64,000 nucleotides of DNA. Origin: Octopus sinensis. Taxonomy: Eukaryota. Positions within the stretch are counted from its first letter, which is position 1, and each line of letters opens with the position of its first letter. Below are positions 40,715-53,475 of the stretch, in pieces. Location: contig NC_043001.1 in assembly GCF_006345805.1 (NCBI RefSeq), positions 87,234,001 to 87,298,000 of the forward strand, in the 5' to 3' direction. Position numbers and translations under genes: made by a program. The notes beneath the pieces are model-generated. The model saw nothing but the letters and a program-made list of their open reading frames with translations, was not told the origin of the DNA and ran no database searches.

Positions 40715-41226
40715 TATTTGTTTGTTTAATCATATATAAAAACAGTGAAGGATCACTCAATACTTTTTAGTGAGGTAATTACTAAGTTTTACCAGGAAGA
40801 CGTTGACTGACTTTGAAATTTTGGTTTACCAACAGCTGTCAAACTCTTTGATACTGTCATAGTCAACCTTTTCCTTGTAAAAATTGTGTGTGTGTTGGCT
40901 TTAATTAAGGAATTAGCTTTAAAAATTCATAGATGCTGCTCACAATATATCTACATATGTTACCTAGTGTACGGCATTTTCATTCACTTTCTAGTGAGTC
41001 ATGAACTTAAATTGATATATGGAGATATGGTTATATCATTGAATAGTTCGTCTGGGATGTGGTTCCATGTCATCTCTTTAACGTAGTACATAATGCCTGC
41101 TACCACAACTGGGTAGGATAATATCCTTCGGTGAATTTATAATTCATACCCAATAAGTCAGTCAAAAGTATTTTTCTGGTTTAATTGTATGTGTAAGTTG
41201 TGTATGTGTATGTATGATTTTTCCTG

Positions 41227-41363
41227 TGATGCACCTGGACACATTAGTAGTAATGTTTCTTGGGGGTCATTCGGTGTTTCAGGTCCTTTTCAACATCAGG
41301 TGCCCTTCCCCAGGCAACCCAGCTGGGGTTAATTAAGCTCCAGCTTGTGTCCGGTTAGCACTA
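41227..41363. mobile_element. Small MITE-like element
   Basis: Imperfect terminal inverted repeats tgatgcacctggacaca and tgtgtccggttagcacta. Confidence 0.35.
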
Positions 41364-42589
41364 AAGCTACTAGTATTTTAAGCTTTATAAAACATATACA
41401 TGTATCAGAATATTGGCTGACATTATTATGCTAGACAATTAACCAGAATCTGCAATACTATCAAAATCACCTCCAGCATTCATTGCAAAAAAAATTCATA
41501 CATATATACATCTGTGCGTGTGGATATTATTTTATATAATTCTCCATGCACAAATATTACCTTTCAGTGAGAGAGCTGATCTTCGTTGAATTTTGGAATT
41601 AGATTGAGGTTTTTTTTTTTTCTAACAATGACACATGCATCTAAATTAATTTAAAGTTATGGCTTCTATGACCTGTGCCTTGTGGAACTCGGTATTCACT
41701 TTTTTTCTTTCTTTTAAGTAGCCAGTGCCAAGAGCCATACAGTAGGACACTATACACCCCACCTCACCCACCCCTGCTAAAACTGCTATTTGACAGCAAC
41801 TCTATTCTCAGTTAAACTATTGTTTGGAAGAAATCCATCCAAAAAGAGAGTAAAAAAGCATTTTTAGTATTCATATGTCGCATTTATATATTTTTGTCTT
41901 CAGATTTCTATATGCAGTAATGGATGTCCTCCCTTGTTTCCTGTCCTAACACTATATATGTCAACTAACTGCTATATAATATAAAAATAAGACTCTTAGA
42001 GTCATACTTTGGTCAATAGCAGTTCAGTAGTAGTTTAACATCATCTTTTTTTTTTCTGTGTTCCTGTTCATCTTTCTGCTAGTCTCTCTGTATATATATG
42101 TATGTATGTGTGTGTTGCATGTGTTTATCTATTTTTCTATCTTTCTGTCTTTGTCTCTTTCTACAAGCATTTGTCCACCTGTCTCTGTGCATACCACTCA
42201 AGCTCTCTATGTGAGCATGTATATACACCTGTCTGTATGTCTCTCTCTTTCTCTCTCCATATGTGTGTATGTGTGTGTGTGTTGTACAATAAAATAGACA
42301 CCTACCTGGGGTAGTAGTTCTGTTAACTAAAATGGTCACTGTATGCAGCATGCTTACTCTGGAAGTACTTGCTGCTGTTAACAGTGACCACAACTGTCAG
42401 TATCATCATCAGTTTCCATAATTCTGACAACAATCACAGAAAAAAAACAATAAAGTCATATTTCCAATATTAAACACTTTCTCTCTTTTGTCATTTTTCT
42501 GTTATTTTCTTCTCTGTTTTCTCTTTTTAATCCCCCTTCCCTGTTATCTTCATAAAAATGTGAAGACACTGCCATACACCACCACAACA

Positions 42590-43663
42590 CTAAACTCTGC
42601 TACCACTCTGAAATGTCAGTTTTGACCTCCTCCTGGCTTGCGAAAGTTATGTCACCCCAAATGATTCTGTAAAGTATGAAACAAATGGTAACCTGAAGGA
42701 GCAAGGTCGGGAGAATAAGGTGGATGAGGAATTTTTTCCCAACCAAGCTCTTTGATCTTCTGTGATGTGATCTTTGCAGTGTGGTGTTGCGCATTGTCCT
42801 GATGAAACATCACTCCTTTTCAATTCACTAAAGCGGGTCTTTTTTTCTTCAAAGCTTGGTTCAAACGCTCTAATTGCTGACAGTAGACTTGAGTATTGAT
42901 TGTTGCATTAGGTGGTAGCAATTCAAAGTGAATTACTCCTTTGCGATCTCACCAGATAGAGAGAAGAACTTTTTTCCCATGAAATTCCCTTCTTGATTGT
43001 TGTTGAACTTTTTCCCCTTTACCAAGCCACTGTTTACGACGTTTAATATTTCGATAGAAGATCCATTTTTCATCACCAGTCACATATCTATCCAAAAAGA
43101 GTGAAATGAGTTCGCGTGAATGGAGAGAAAAGCAGATGTCAACTTGGGATTTGCGGTTGCTTTCAGACAATTCATGAGGCAACCATTTTCCAAGTTTAGG
43201 AACCTTTCCAAGTTGTTGAAGATGACGAACAGTTTTATGGTTTGAACTAAGCTTTGTTGCTAATTCTTCAACTGATAATGCAGGATTTTCTTGAAGTAAT
43301 GCCTCAAGGAGTTTATCAAACTCAACTGGATGTCCTGTTCGATCTTCATCTCCAAGGCTGAAATCTCCACTTCTGAATTTTGCAAACCATCTTCTGCAAG
43401 TTCTTTCATTCAAGCATTCTTTCCCATAAACTGAGTGTATGTTTCAAGTTGCTTTGGCTGCAGAGTTTCCTTTTTTATACGCATAAAGCATTACGTGCCT
43501 CAAATGTTCTTTGCATACTTCAATGTTAGAAAGGGTTTTAATCAAAGAAATTTTAATTCTAGTATTCTGTAAAATAATATCCAATTAGTTTAAATGTGCA
43601 CATATTAAATTTCATTCAATTTTAAAAAAGGTAAAATCAAACAGAACTTATGGGATGACCTGA
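42590..43663 (-). pseudogene. Mariner transposase pseudogene with one intact TIR
   Basis: ORF 42949-43413 contains RTCRRWFAKFRSGDFSL, GKWLPHELS, VTGDEKWIFY and HGKKVLLSIW. Downstream HQDNA and HPPYSPDLAPS motifs are disrupted. TIR TA|TCAGGTCATCCCATAAGTTC at 43663. Confidence 0.92.
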
Positions 43664-46239
43664 TATTTCATCTTAACAGCTATGGGAAATAATCCATTCG
43701 CCAAGATTTTAACAGCCAAGGGAAATAACTCATTCATTTTCCTAAATCATTTGGTATAAATCAAATTGAGTATTCTTATTTCTTAGTATTTGAACTGTTA
43801 GAGTTATTTTCGCAATTTATCCAGTACAACCATTAAACAAGTAAATAAATAGTTTCTTAAACAATAATTCCACTTATTTCAGTTAGTGACATATTCACGA
43901 ATATACAAACACTTGTGCCACTGAGGGTAATATTCTCTGGGAATGCATGAAAGCCCTTTTCAGAGTTACTTAATTCGAATTGTTATCTCGTATCTGATTA
44001 GCCTGTTATTACATGAGTTGCTTCACGATTTCAGTATACATACCTTATTAGTATTTCCTCCTAAGCTCTATATACTCTGTGAACACATTAAAGACTTTTT
44101 GGGGGCCACTTTATTTGAATTCTTGCTATCGGGTAACTAATTTCATGTTATTACATAACTGACTTCACAATTTGGGTATTCATAACTTATTGGGAATTCC
44201 TAAAAGTAAGATCCCATGTAAAACAGTTTGGTATTCTCTGTAAATGCACAAAAACCGTTTTAAGGGATACATACTTTGTATTGTTGTTATTGGATTAGCA
44301 AAACAATTGAGAATGAAACCAAGGGATAAGCCCCGCTTTCACGGAAATTACTGGGTACGTCAGCTAGTATATATGTATATATATTTATATATATATATAT
44401 ATAATTAATTCATAGTATTTTCTCAGTTTGCCTGAGTAACATTACAAACAAGCAGGATTCAATCTGACTTCCAATGTATTATTATACTACCCGTGACCCA
44501 TTGAGTCACTGGGAAACTGCTATTTCTTGCATGCCCTGCCACTATGTAACAGGTATTTTGGATCCTTTATTGCAAATAGCTGTTACGTGATAGCAGGGCG
44601 TGCTAGAAATACCAGCCAAATATTTGGAGAGGAGATATGTTGAACGCACTCGGAAAAAACTATTTCACAGAACGGGTCTACGAAATATCTACCACATTTT
44701 TAAAGTCATTTTCACTTTGGAATATTTTTCAAATATGCCCCAAAAATGTTTGTAATGGTATTCACTTGAAAATAATTTTGAAAAAACATTAAAACATTGT
44801 TTAAAGAAAGCTAAAATATGCATATTGTACAGACAGCTTACATTTTTGAAATCATATACATTTAAAAACTTGATTAAAACACTGTGTTTAACAAAAGGGA
44901 AATAGAATTTGTAAAAAAAAATTAATTTTTTTTCGTTGTCAACTCACTGTCTAATAGAAAGATAAGAGTTTCTTCCCTTCCAGAATGAAGAATATTTTCA
45001 GAACATTTTCTTATTACGCATTGTTTTGAGTATTTATACCCTGAATATCTCTAATATCTTGAAAACTATTGATTTACGCGAAACTTGTTTCATTCAATTC
45101 ATATTAACATTTCAGGGTAAACTTAATTCATCGTATTTTCCTATTATGCGCCAGTTTCGTGGATTAACATTACAAGCAAGCAAGATTGAAACTGACTTTT
45201 AATGTATTATAAATAGATAGATTATTGTGGCTGGAGAGAGTCATTCTCTTTTAGTGCTTTATTATTTAACACACTCACCGGTTTGATTTTCACTCATTCA
45301 TCTATTTATTTTTTTCTAAAATTTTCAATTGAAAGGTTGCAAGACACAACAAAAATTTTAGAAAAAAAAATTATAATAATAATAATATATATATAAAGGA
45401 GCAGGAGTGGCTGTGTGGCAAGTAGCTTGCTTACCAACAACATGGTTCCAGGTTCGGTCTTACTGCGTGACACGTTGGTAGAAACTGAAAGAAGCCCATC
45501 GTGTATTCGTGTGTATATATATGTATACAAGAATACCCACCTACACTGGTCTTGAATGCCCTCGCCTGTGCCCGTCACATCAACCGCACCACCGCCCTTT
45601 CTCCTTCCTCTCACGCACCCCCTTTCCCCTCCTTTTCCACCCCTCTACTCTACCCCTTCGTTGGAAGATACTACGTGCCTTCCATCGCCTCCAGCTCGAT
45701 CCCACGACCCGCCCCATTTTCCCCAACCCACCCCTGTCCTCCTGGTCCATAGCACCCTCTCTTCTTCCCCCTCAGCCCCACACGGATCATTCCCGTGCTC
45801 TAGATCCTGCTGCAACACCTGCCCCTTCATCACCAACACCACTGCTGTCACCGGTTCCAACCAGCGAACTGTACGTATCAGACATTCTTTTACGTGCACT
45901 TCATCTGGCCTCATATACTGCATTAAATGCAACCTCTGCGGAATGCTGTATATAGGACAGACGGTTGTCGGACCGATTCGCCGAACATCTAAGGGATGTT
46001 CGTCTACGGTCCTTTTCTCCCGTCGCACGTCACTTCCGCTCGGCCAGCCATTCCCCCGATGACATTTCTGTGTTTGGTCTCGCCCCACACAATGGTCCTC
46101 CACAATCCAGGTTTGACTTGGAGCAACGTTTCATCTTCACTCTACAAACCAATACCCCACATGGACTCAACACAGCCCCCTCCTCTTAGTGATTGCGCTC
46201 CACCTCTCTCCCACCCCCTTTTTTTTATCCTTATACAGA

Positions 46240-47635
46240 AACACACACACACATACTCACGTATCCACGAACACACCCTCCAACACACCTACTTCCAACA
46301 CACCACACACATACAATCTACACGCACATGTACGCACACATACTTCCACACCTATACACTCACCATGCCCGTGCACACACACCAACAAACAATACTCATA
46401 CAGATACGCACACCTTTATAAACACCTAGCAGAGACACACATACACGCACGTCACGCGCATGTACATTACGCCCACACAACTCCAGAGGAAACCCCACGC
46501 ACATGTGCATACATTCACACACACACATACATACGTACACACACACACATACATACATACATTCATACATACATACATACATACATATACATACACACAC
46601 ATACACACACACATACATACATACATACATACACACAAACACACATACATACATCCACACATACACACACACACACTTACACACATACATACAAACACAC
46701 ATATACATACATACACACTCACACATACACACACACATACATACATACATACATACATGCATATGGGGTTGGCTGTATTGCAGGCGTGCGTCAGTGCGTG
46801 TGTGTGTGTGCCTGCAGATTCACATACACCCACACCAAAAAAATTTTTTTGCATCAATCTTTCAATTATAAAGTGTGTGCTTGCATACATATATATACAC
46901 ACATATAAACCCCTACATTTGTACACACGCACATATATACATACATTCACTCCCACGCACGTACACACACATGCACACACACATTTACATATATATACAA
47001 TACACGTACACACACTAATTCACATACACACCGACACATATACATACACACAATATATACCTACACGCGCACGCACACCAAAACATGCGCACACATACGC
47101 ACGCACACGCGCGAAAAAAACTCACAACCCCACGGATACACGCATATACATCCATATATGCTTGCACACACACATACAAACGCACACACAACTACACGCA
47201 CATACATACACACACACACACACACAAATGAACCCACACATACATCCCATACACATGGCACACAACCATACATACACGCACACACATACATACACGCACA
47301 CAATTATGCATACATATATATATACACACACACGCACGTACAAGCACACACGCACACATACACTAAATTAAGCACAGTTACTCGCCACACACCCAAACTC
47401 CGCGCATACACACAAAAAAAACACACACGATACATATACATACACGCACACACACATACCTCTTTGTTTTTGACCTGCGATTGGACCCAAAACACCACTC
47501 CTTAATTCTTACTACTAGCCTGCTAGCCAGTTGTTCGCCATACACACACACACACACACAAGTGTCATCATTGCACACATCCACACACGCGCGCACACGC
47601 TGACCTCCCCGCACGCACTACACCCACACACATTC
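46240..47635. repeat. Compound (CA)n/(CATA)n low-complexity tract
   Basis: Directly visible. It is the source of the His/Thr-rich and Cys/Val-rich ORFs. Confidence 0.95.
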
Positions 47636-47799
47636 CCCCCTTTCACTTTCTTTACCATACTGTCTTTGATATAGCTCTCCTGTCTTTTAAAAAACATTCT
47701 TCTACTTTTACTACTTCCGTCTTTTAGTATGTGACCTCGTCTGTATCACTAGCGATTTTTTCCCCTGTCTTCCCTTCTCGGGATCTTACCTTCTCCTAT

Positions 47800-47834
47800 G
47801 TTTCCGACGAAGAGCTCCGCTCGAAACGTCAAAC
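47800..47834 (+). ncRNA. Minimal type-I hammerhead-like motif, U4C core variant
   Basis: GUUU-CCGACGA-A-GAGC(ucc)GCUC-GAAA-CGUC-AAAC. Stems I and II pair perfectly, and the core differs from CUGANGA at one position. Confidence 0.65.
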
Positions 47835-47954
47835 CCTCCTTCTTCCCTTCTTTCCTGAGCGTCCAATAATACTTTATTTGTTCCACGTCTTGCGTTGTTG
47901 TTTTTTTGTTTTTGTTTTCTTGTTTGGATTAACTATATATATATATATATTCAG

Positions 47955-48526
47955 GAAGTATATTTGCCACATAAATGTGGCTAACCCCTAAGGGTGGATG
48001 CTACTGTAGCCTGTAGCCCCAGGAGGACACCTCCTCCAGCTGGCTATTGACACACTTTCTGTGCCCTGGACTACAAGCTACAGTAGCATCCACCCTTAGG
48101 GGTTAGCCACATTTAAGTGGCAAATATACTTCACGATGTCGTGCAGCTACTGTTTATACCTCGCTCAGAGATTTATTATTGCCTGTTTACACTTTTTCGA
48201 TATCGGTGACTTTTCATCCCTGGAAAAAGGATATATATTTGCAAGGGGAACCCACTTTCCATCGGCAACTGGTGATTGTCACACGCTGATGATGGGTCAA
48301 TACCCAGAAACTCGAGTCCGTGTATATCATAGGTTGAAGACGAGAAGGATGGCTTCCCTTTGCAAATACTGATAGAGCACAGAAAGTGTGTCAATAGCCA
48401 ACTGGAGGAGGTGTTCTCCTGGGGCTACAAGCTACAGTAGCATCCACCCTTAGGGGTTAGCACATTTATGTGGCAAATGTTCTTCACAATGACGTGCAGC
48501 TATTGTTTATACCTCGCTCAGAGATT
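47955..48526 (+). mobile_element. Non-coding PLE-type/retrozyme-like element: 354-bp period partial tandem plus inverted 5' segment, inside (TA)n
   Basis: 48071-48173 is repeated at 48425-48526. 47955-48064 is the reverse complement of 48377-48485. (TA)n lies on both sides. Confidence 0.85.
48281..48323 (+). ncRNA. Intact canonical minimal type-I hammerhead ribozyme
   Basis: ACACG-CUGAUGA-UGGG(ucaaua)CCCA-GAAA-C(ucga)GUC^CGUGU. All core nucleotides are present, stem III ACUCGAGU is palindromic, and cleavage is predicted after 48318. Confidence 0.88.
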
Positions 48527-48549
48527 ATATATATATATATATATATATA

Positions 48550-48770
48550 TTAATGTATATGTGTGTGTGTGTTTGTCCCCCAATATCGCTTGACAACCGA
48601 TGCTGGTGTGTTTACGTCTCCGTAACTTAGCTGTTCGGCAAGAGAGACCAATAGAATAAGTACTAGGCTTACAAAGAATAAGTCCTGGGGTCGATTTGCT
48701 CGACTAAAGGTGGTGCTCCAGCATGGCCGCAGTCAAATGATTGAAACAAATAAAAGAATAAAAGAAAAGT
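48550..48770 (+). mobile_element. 3' half of a family-B SINE
   Basis: Near-identical to 16545-16745. Confidence 0.8.
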
Positions 48771-49465
48771 AAATGAGTGGAAATCGAACCATGTTACTCA
48801 ACCAAATTCACTCACACGTCATTTTTCGGCCCGGATCTTGGTAGAAGACACTTACCCAGGGTGCCGTGCAACGGGACTGAACCCGTATATCTCTTGTTTT
48901 GTATAGTTAGGCAAAATATCACAGACATATGCGCACCTTAAGCATTACCTGTATTAGTTAGCACTCAAGATATTTTTTCGGTGAAATTATGCATGATATT
49001 TCACAATCATGAACAAACTGCAGCCCACGGGACTTTCTGAATGTCATGCTTAACATTGCATTTTTTAGTTGTGCAGCCCCTTATCTATGAAGCGTGTCTG
49101 GTTCTGCAAAATGGTTGTCTATACGTGGTAGACGATCTAAGGGAGATAACTCTACAATATATTTTCCATGAAAATGCACGTAAACATAGCAAACAATCCT
49201 ATTTCGTCGTCTCTAGCGGATTGATGTGCAACATTTTTGAAATACGATGTTGAATGGAAGAGGAACAAAACTGGCCTGTATGAGGTACCAGAGTTTTATA
49301 TATCACGTTTCTAGCGGACGATACGATTAAATATAGCTTCACTACCTACGATATCGTTCTTATTCATTTTTCTGTCACTGTTTACTCGGATGGTTATTTC
49401 CAAATTAACAAGAAAAAAAAAAAAAAGAATTCACATCGTATACATGGTCATAGATTACCATATGG

Positions 49466-49467
<2 letters not shown>

Positions 49468-49532
<65 letters not shown>
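49468..49532. repeat. (AC)n microsatellite
   Basis: Directly visible. Confidence 0.95.
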
Positions 49533-49534
<2 letters not shown>

Positions 49535-49739
49535 TATATAAGGCATAGGGGTTTGATGATGCAAAAAAAAATAGAACTCAAAAGATGAGTATGCTTATTT
49601 TTTTATAAATAATCGACAAAGCGCGTCAAAGACAGAGTTTCGTGCATTGGCACTTATTAAAGTATGAATATGTATATAGAATACATACATATATATATAT
49701 ATATATATATGTACAAGGCTGGCAAGTCGATTACATTGA

Positions 49740-50095
49740 ACCCAATAGGTCTTCCTCTACTGCGTTTCTTGTGAGTTGGTTCCCACAATAGTATCCTGTG
49801 TATAACTTCCTGCTTACTTCTCCAGCAATGTTCTGCGAACCGTAACCGCCTTTAAACAATTATAGTTGTTATCTTGAGCAAGTTTCCATATAAAACTTCA
49901 TTTGTAATACATTGACACCAGTTTATATATTCTACAACCCTAAGCATTTTATTGTATTCAACATCTAGTTTCTTATCGCGCGTTTGTGTCAGGGACCATG
50001 TACCTGATCCATACAACACTGACTCAATGGATGTGCTGAAGAATATTTTGATTTTTCTGGATTTAATCCGACTTCCATATCTTTTCTGCCTTAGA
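49740..50095 (-). mobile_element. RTE-like LINE RT C-terminal fragment
   Basis: IESVLYGSGTWSLT...KLDVEYNKMLRVV...ITNEVLYGNL resembles VESVLLYGSETW...RMLR...TNEELYG. Confidence 0.65.
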
Positions 50096-50114
50096 ACAAT
50101 AATAATAATAATAA

Positions 50115-50337
50115 TAATAATCTTTTCAACTCTAGGCACAAGGCCCGAAATTTTGGGGGAGGGGGCCAGTCGATTAGATCAACCTCAGTACACGACTGGT
50201 ACTTAATCTATCGACCCTGAAAGGATGAAAGGCAAAGTCAACCTTGGTGGAATTTGAACTCAGGATGTAAAGACAGACAAAATACCACTAAGCATTTTGC
50301 CTGGCATGCTAACGTTTCTGCCAGCTCGCTGCCTTAC
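50115..50337 (-). mobile_element. CORE-type tRNA SINE (family C variant)
   Basis: Reverse-complement match to the head and CORE of 63595-63814. Confidence 0.75.
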
Positions 50338-51328
50338 AACAATAATAGTAATAATAGCAATAATTCTTTCTACTATCGACACAAGGCCTGAAATTTGGAA
50401 GTGGGCACTAGCTGATGACATTGCGCCCAGTGTCCAGCTGGTACTTTTTTTTTTTTACCCAGAGAGGTTGAGAAGCGAAGTCAACCTCAGTGAAATTTGA
50501 ACCCTGAATGATTATTAAATAGATGATGTTGAAGAAGAGGAGTAGCACAAGGGGAGGGGGCAAGTCAATTACATTGACTGCTGCTGCTAGAGATAATGAT
50601 GGTAGTGGTGGTGGCTGCAGCCAAGGGTGCAACAATGATGATGGGGATGATGATGATGGCTACAACATCAATGGCAATAACAACAACGACCACAACCTAG
50701 TTGTGTTTTGATTAAGATAACAATTGTTTATGAGCTTTCTATAAAGAGAACAATAGCTGCTGTGTAGTGTTTATTGTTTTGACAATGAATATCAGAATGG
50801 AAGTATGATGATGAGAGATAGACAGACAAACAGAGAGAGAGAGAGACAGACAAACAGGTAGAAAGATGTGTGGGATGGATAAAGGAAATAATTTGAAGTG
50901 TTTTCAAGTTGTTGTGCAGCCTCAGGTCAGTCCTGGTTCTGCAAGCCTACAATTAAAAAGTGTTTCCGTTATGACCTTCTCATCTATTTTTCAGGCATTG
51001 TAATTCTTGGACTACGTTATTCAATGTGCCCACAAAAAAAAAAAAAAAATGCTGTGTGTGAAAACAGAGATTTAACTATTGCCAACAGGCTAAGAAACCA
51101 CATATGATCATACAATGTCATAAAATGGCTGCTAATGTATGTTTGCTCATAAACACACAGCCCACCACACACAAGCACACGCATGCACACACACACACGC
51201 ACGCACACACACACACACACACAAACAACTTCATAGATTGGAAGTAGTGGAAAACATTTATTCCAATTAACTATCAATGATTGGCATCTATTCCCAGCAA
51301 CAAGGTAACCTGAGGTGGGTGAACTTAA

Positions 51329-51534
51329 CCCTTTTGGTACCAGCCCACCCAAAATTGCCCTTGGTTCTATGAAACAAATACCCAGTTTTAAAATTATCTA
51401 AATTAAAACCTTCATGTTAATTCGTGTTCCTATCACCAGCTTAATAATGACAGTTATTTTACTAAATACTTATTATTTTCAAAATTAATTGAAACATAGC
51501 AATGTATTTTATTAAATATATGGTAAGAAAAGGG
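51329..51534. mobile_element. TTAA-flanked piggyBac-like MITE
   Basis: TTAA|CCCTTTTG...AAAAGGG|TTGA. Same family as 14649-14851 in the opposite orientation. Confidence 0.6.
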
Positions 51535-51549
51535 TTGATGGCTCATATA

Positions 51550-52114
51550 TTGGGTTGTCCGGAAACTTCGTGACGATTTTTAAAGGAAAGGAAAAGGTCA
51601 ACAAATACTTGCCATTACATTTTTAATCAACCAAATATGAACCATTTTCTTGCACAATGCATCTCATCTTTCCTTTAACTTGAAAATACCCTCTTCCTAG
51701 AATTGGGGTGGTCTCAAGGCAAAGAATTCATCAAGGTATCTTTTTATGTCATCCAAGGAATTGAAATTTCTACCATTAAGACTATTCTGCAGAGACCTGA
51801 ATAAGGGGAAATCCGAAGGAGCAATATCTGGTGAATATGGAGGGTGGGAAAACACATCCCAGTCAAGCTGCAGCAATTTTTGTCTGGTTCCCAAAGCATC
51901 AAGTGCCGAAAATGAACTTTCTTATCTTCCATTTTAAAGGGTTACAGAATTAACACAGTTTATAGGAACATAAACCTTCTTCCACAAAAAGATAGCTTAA
52001 ACTGTGCTCTAAATGGAGGTGTAGTCAAATCTTATTTTATGGACTCAACCATGTTCTAAAATAAGTCGAAAGGTAAGCTACTATAAATCGGCACGAACTT
52101 TCCAGACAACCCAA
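51550..52114 (-). mobile_element. Internally deleted mariner with both TIRs and TA target-site duplication
   Basis: TA|TTGGGTTGTCCGGAAACTTCGTG...CACGAACTTTCCAGACAACCCAA|TA. Minus-strand ORF contains HPPYSPDIAPSDFPLFRSLQN. Confidence 0.9.
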
Positions 52115-52670
52115 TAGTATATTGAACTCATGACCTAAGAGGCGGAAGATTAATACTATCTCCACTCAGTTGTTTTGTATTTAGACAGCAGTGTCTGTGA
52201 CACTGATGCATCTGTACAGAGGTTCAAACCATACTATAAGCATCATGTAATGCTCTTAGGTAAGTTACATTATTATATTGGTCTCCAGTAGCAGAGCTGG
52301 TAGGAGTGGAGAGAGAGCAATGAAAGCAGTCTACCCTGAGAAACACTTTTATGAGGGCAGCATTTTTGGGTCTGTTGTATATAAGTCTGTATAGGGGACA
52401 GTGGAAGAGTGGTAAACTCAAGGCCTACTTTGGGCAGCTCACTTTCAAGTTATGCCATTTTTTGATTCAAATGTTAATAGATATGGCTCCCACTATAATG
52501 CTGCTAATAATTACCAGACAGCTAATGGTAACAAATGATAGGAAATAATGATATAGGGAAGTGAAAGCAAAATGTCTTACATTGTAATAAAAGTCATTGT
52601 AAATTATAGAAGTAGAAAAGTTGGCTCAAAAGTTAAGCAAAGATGGGCATAGCTTTCCTTTTATTATTAA

Positions 52671-53166
52671 CTAGCAGTGTTGCTCGGGTTTGTAAGAGAA
52701 ATAACTATATAAGCATTTTTAGAGAGTTACTTCCCTTATAGATGCCAATTCGAGCTTTCTTAGCCATTTCTGTTTTGGTGTCTTCAAGCCATGAAGTCGT
52801 TGTTCTAAAAGAACGCTGGTCTCCTTGACAACGCATTACGACGTTGATTTCCTTAAACTCCCTTCCCCACAGCTTCACGAGGGAGGGAAGAAGGGGGAGA
52901 AGCAAACACAGGTGCAGGTGTTTGAGCATGGACGCCAACTCCGCCGCCATCGACACACGAAAAATTATGCATTAAAATGGAATAAAAAATGATGCTAAAT
53001 TATTTTTAAAATCGTAGACGTGTGCTAATACTCAGACGGGCTCGATATGAATCACGACTATAAGATACCCGAATTTGGTTAAGCTGCACCGCAAAATGTG
53101 GGAGTAGTTAGGAATCTAAATTGAAGGGGACAGACACTCACACAACTACAGTTTTATATATGTAGA
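52671..53166 (-). mobile_element. Non-autonomous Helitron, same family as 20208-20601
   Basis: Shared 5' (A|TCTACATATATAAAAC) and 3' (CTAG|T) ends. The 3' hairpin is partly deleted and the internal segment differs. Confidence 0.75.
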
Positions 53167-53475
53167 TATTTTCGTCCTAAAAAACTTTGTATGGATTGAA
53201 TGGTTACCTCTATGGAAATATATACACGCACATTATACATACATGTGTGTATAGATGAATATATAAATACATTTAAATATCTATATACACTTTTGGGCGA
53301 TCTTTCTGTTTCTTAGAGATAACTTTAGATCTTATTTTCGTCCTAAAAAACTTTGTATGGAGTGAATGGTTACCTCTATGGAAATATATACACACACATT
53401 ATACATACATCTGTGTATAGATGAATATATAAATACATTTAAATATCTATATACACTTTTGGGCGATCTTTCTGC
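53167..53475 (-). repeat. About two units of a ~166-bp tandem repeat
   Basis: ttttcgtcctaaaaaactttgtatgg recurs at period 166. It is the reverse complement of the units at 57484-57833 and 58262-58450. Confidence 0.85.

Larger units (their letters stand above)
45540..47925 (+). mobile_element. 5'-truncated Penelope-like element (Neptune-like) with GIY-YIG endonuclease remnant, ~1.4-kb microsatellite tract and HHR-bearing 3' end
   Basis: 45660-46189 encodes ...DPTTRPIFPNPPL...GSFPCSRSCCNTCPFI...FTCTSSGLIYCIKCNLCGMLYIGQT, then a frameshift, then SDRFAEHLRDV...VARHF...LEQRFIFTLQTNTPHGLN*. This gives the GIY-YIG motifs and a Cys-rich linker. An HHR-like motif lies at 47800. Confidence 0.85.

Noticed and set aside
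42306-42423. Minus-strand exon-like segment with good splice sites
   Set aside because: All three frames contain stops, and no partner exons were found.
46189-47697. Long ORFs up to 303 aa (His/Thr-rich or Cys/Val-rich)
   Set aside because: They are translations of (CA)n/(CATA)n microsatellite, open in many frames on both strands, with no coding signal.
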